Source: Yuukianura sp. NJ FZ-2021
Lineage: Eukaryota
Assembly (NCBI GenBank): GCA_046563655.1
Contig: CM102285.1
Span: forward strand, 3,224,001-3,288,000
Length of the DNA stretch: 64,000 bases
Direction: 5' to 3'
The number at the start of each line of letters is the position of its first letter. Positions within the stretch are counted from its first letter, which is position 1. A program made the translations under genes and the position numbers. Below the pieces are notes generated by a model that had not been told where the DNA came from, did not search any database, and saw only the letters and a list, made by a program, of their open reading frames with translations. Below are positions 60,331 to 64,000 of this stretch, one piece after another.

Positions 60331-61942
60331 ATGGGAGACGAAGAAAGTGGGTATCGGTGGGAGAGTGGATACGAGAAAACTTGGTAACTAACATAAAAGC
60401 ATTTTCTTAAATTGAACTTGGTTAGTTGATACGCAGCAGAGTCTTTTGTAGAGGAAGAAATCAATTAGCATTATCTAACAGTACGTGTCTTGTTTTCGCT
60501 TGTCCAGGGAGGCGATTGAAGAAGATGGAGATGGGATGCTGGACAAGGCGATATCCGAAATTATTGAGAAAAGTCGTAGGAAAAGGATTGAGGAACGACG
60601 AGCTGCTGGCAATGTGAGGCTTGGTATTATGCGACATGTTTACATTCTGGTTGACTTGTCGGCGTGTATGATGGACCAGGATTTAAAGCCAAATCGACTT
60701 TATGCCACATTTAAGGTTCTCTCATTTTTACGTCAATGAACTCTCGGATTGTCTTTCTTTCGTTTTTTTAGTAGGGCAAAGATGCAGACTTATATAGGGA
60801 TAAATTATTTACATTTTTTATTTACTGTTCCAGCTGTTTGAAAAGTTCGTGGACTCTTTCTTTGATGCAAACCCAATGAGTCAACTTGGTTGGATTGGAA
60901 CAAGCAACAAGAAAGCTGAGAAACTGTTTGAAATGTCTGGAAATCCCAGAAAGCAAGTGGAATTTGTCCGGGATCTCAAAGCGAACTACACAGGTCAAGG
61001 AGAACCTTCATTTCAAAACGCACTGGAACTTGCTCAAGCCACACTGAAACACATGCCGAGCCATACATCTAGAGAAATACTGATGATAGCTGGAAGTCTG
61101 ACGTCCTGTGATCCCGGTGACATACACAGTACCATTAAGGTATTGACTAGCTATATGCTAAGTTGTGCTGTTAAATCTAAAATACTTCGGCTGTTTTAAT
61201 TATTTTTTATTTTTTGCAGAGTCTCAAGGAAAACGGTATACGTTGTTCTGTAATTGCGCTCGGAGCTGAAGTTCGTGCTTTCAAGTTTCTAACTGCGGAA
61301 ACTGGTGGTACCTTCAATGTCACTCTCGATGATGCGCACTTCCAAGACCTGCTGAATTCCCACGTCGAACCGCCGCCTATCAAAGGAAAATACGAAGCGT
61401 CGTGTATCAAAATGGGATTTCCACAACGAAACGACGGCGAACAAGCGGGAATGTGCATGTGTCACATTGATGTTCCATCACAATCAACATTTTCTACTGG
61501 TGGCTACATCTGTCCTCAATGTAAGAACAAGTACTGTGAACTTCCGGTGGAATGTAAAGCTTGTGGACTGACGCTTGTCTCTGCACCGCACTTGGCAAGA
61601 TCGTTTCTTCATATTTTTCCATTGGATCCGTTTGAAGAAATCGAACCCTATGAGACTCGTTGCGGTGGATGCAACAAATGGATTCCTGATGGCAATAAGC
61701 ACGTACGCAAACAATCAAAAATTTCAAGTCTCGGTCTCGGCATGCGATATGCAATTTTTTGTTTTGACAAAGTCGACTTAAACTTGGTTTTATATTTTTT
61801 TCCCCAGATTTATCGGTGCAAGTTGTGTCTTCTGAAATTCTGTCTGGATTGTGATCTCTACCTCCATGAAGTGCTGCATTGCTGTCCCGGTTGTGCTGCC
61901 CTCAATCTTAATCTCCAGATTGCAATTAGATCTAAAACGTAA
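60331..61942 (+). CDS. GTF2H2: General transcription factor IIH subunit 2 (p44/Ssl1), multi-exon
   Basis: YRWESGYEKTW, RLGIMRH, DQDLKPNR, NPMSQLG, GEPSFQNALE, SLTSCDPGDI, CPQC.NKYCELPVECKACGLTLVSAPHLARS, FCLDCDLYLHEVLHCCPGC. Confidence 0.95.
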
Positions 61943-64000
61943 ACTTATTGCCAGTTTCTCTTTACATTTTATACATCATTATTGTAAGTCGTAATGTTAC
62001 GTGTCTTCTCTTTAAATTCTAGGTATTATGTGTTACACTAATTCTCTAGGATATCTTTTGTAATGTCTTGGATTATCTTGAATCAGTGGTTCATCATAAA
62101 TTAACTTCGGATCTACTCTCCGACCTCAATTAATTAGTAAGACAAATCAATTAATTAAAATTGATGTACACAATATGCCGTAAAAAGGCTGTAGGGATTC
62201 AAAGATCCACTGTGTACGTAGTAACTTTTGTCTCCCCCAGAGTGCATTTGTGTAGCATCTTCGTGTTTACGCTAAAGGCTAACGGAGAGCAGGAATCCTA
62301 TCGCAAAAACAAGAATTTCTCCCGCGGAATTTAGCTCAGCCTTTGTCAATCGTTTCATCATGGATTCTTTCATCAGCAAAACCCTCCGAATCGCTCTTCA
62401 ATGTCATTCGGATTAGTTCAATTGGATTTTGGAAACAATGCTGTGGCTCGTCTGCTCTTGAAACACTTTGAAACCGCCATCACCACAAAATTCCAGCCAC
62501 TGACGACAACGACAAGAGGTTGAATTCTCTCTCCTATTTCTGTCAGAACTCCCTTGCGAATTCCCTATTTTCAAAAGTCGAATTATCTTGACGAGGGAAG
62601 GAGGACGACGACGGAAGGCATAAAACCTGAAAGGCCAACTTCAAACTGACAACTTCCCTCGCCCTGGACTAAATTCTGTAAAGATCAAAGCCAACATTTT
62701 CTTTTGAACTGAATATATTCATAATACCCATCCTTTTATACATGGTATAACCCAGGCAATTTCTCTTCTAACAGATCTCGTCTACTTTACATTTCCCAGG
62801 CATCGTCATCCTCCTTCCTCATCCGTCAAACGTTTATCACTTTCAAGAGATGTGAAGGGAAGAAGAAGAGGCTGGAAACTGGCAGAAGCGCCGCTACAAA
62901 TAAAATATACATCATGCCATGGGAAAGGGGAGAAAAGAAATGGATTTTTGTGGCTGTTGTTCTCGGGAAATGTTGCTGTGACTTTGGTCCTGGATGCCCT
63001 TGAAGTCTCCTGCTGTTTAGAAACAACGTGATAATTACACACTCGCTTTGGGACTTAAGGGCTCTCTTCCATTCCGAAACGACAGTGTGAAGCCCCTTAA
63101 CTTTGTTACAATGGGAAGGAACTCGTCATTAAAGGCCTTAATGACACGCCTTTGACCTGGGCAATCAATTTCGACATCCCTTATCCCTTACTCTGCTTTT
63201 TAGAAGGGCAATTTAACTTTAGTGGGGTAAAAGGTACGTGAACCTTAGGTTAGGTTAAGGTTAGTCTTCGGTTAGGCTAGCTTTAGGTTAAGTTATGAGG
63301 TTTATGCTATACATTTTAGGTTTAAGAATTTTATGAAAGATGAACGGATAAGCTTGTTTTCTAATTTCAATGTTCTGAAATTCCCAGCGGAGCTGACTTG
63401 TCTTTGCCAGTGCAAGAACATAAGAGAAAGCAACTTTCCCCTTGAATAGGCTTCGTTCCCCCTCCGTCGCTTTCTGCCACCGACTTTGTAACCTCAACGC
63501 CAGTAAACCAGCACATGAAAGTTACAACTTACACGCGTAAGTTACATCTTCTACCACCAAAGTTACAAAAGTGTAAAGTAGTAAGTCGTAAAAATGGATT
63601 TAACTTGTGCAGTAATGAATTGTTTAGGAAGTCTTTTCTCCGCTTCGCCTCTTTCCTCTGTTGTTGACAAGATTGATGGATCCAGTGGACCAAAACTAAA
63701 ATTCAACTTTAAAAAATTTCAACAACTGTTACACAATTCCGGAAGAATGGAAAATATGAAACATCATTCAACAAAAGAAGTCATTTTGAAGCAGTTCCCT
63801 TGGAGTTGACAAGCTGGAAAGATCTCCATCCTCCTTCGTCAATCTTTTGTCGCGTGTCATTGGCCAGAAGGAGGAGAGAGTCCTGCTGAGTTAAGGGCTC
63901 ATTTTCAAGGGTACTACGACCATAATAGTAGTCATGTCATGTCGCCCAGTGTCAAAGGAAGTCTCCCTCGTTTTTTCCTGGATGAAGTTCCCTTCAACAG

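Noticed and set aside
63243-63292. TTAGG-rich tract resembling the arthropod telomere repeat
   Set aside because: Short, degenerate and interstitial; similar motifs are scattered through transposon-derived DNA in this window
63594-64000. Possible coding fragment at the window end
   Set aside because: Internal stop, no recognisable domain, truncated by the window edge

Overview
AT-rich, intron-containing eukaryotic DNA from an invertebrate animal, probably an arthropod; the species cannot be determined from the sequence. Conserved housekeeping genes (NUDT8, SLC35A/senju-like transporter, CANT1 apyrase, TEFM, fem-1, GTF2H2) frame two accessory blocks. Block 1 (8.7-32 kb) holds a young, intact Ty1/Copia retrotransposon whose single ORF runs in frame from gag-pol into an envelope-like glycoprotein. 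It also holds a secreted bacterial-type His-Me nuclease, an intact 5-exon gene fusing a cellular RNAi-type RNA-dependent RNA polymerase to a complete Upf1/DNA2-NAM7-like SF1 helicase (~1795 aa), and nested non-autonomous DNA transposons, including two with TAT...ATA ends and 6-bp TSDs (IS3EU-like). Block 2 (35-51.5 kb) holds a mariner remnant, a secreted furin-processed peptide precursor, a degraded probable partiti-like virus capsid EVE, an RRP6-like pseudogene, a JmjN fragment, an intronless orphan paralog pair and a zinc-finger ORF. Top candidates are the RdRP-helicase fusion and the env-fused Copia. All calls come from reading motifs by eye; no searches were run.
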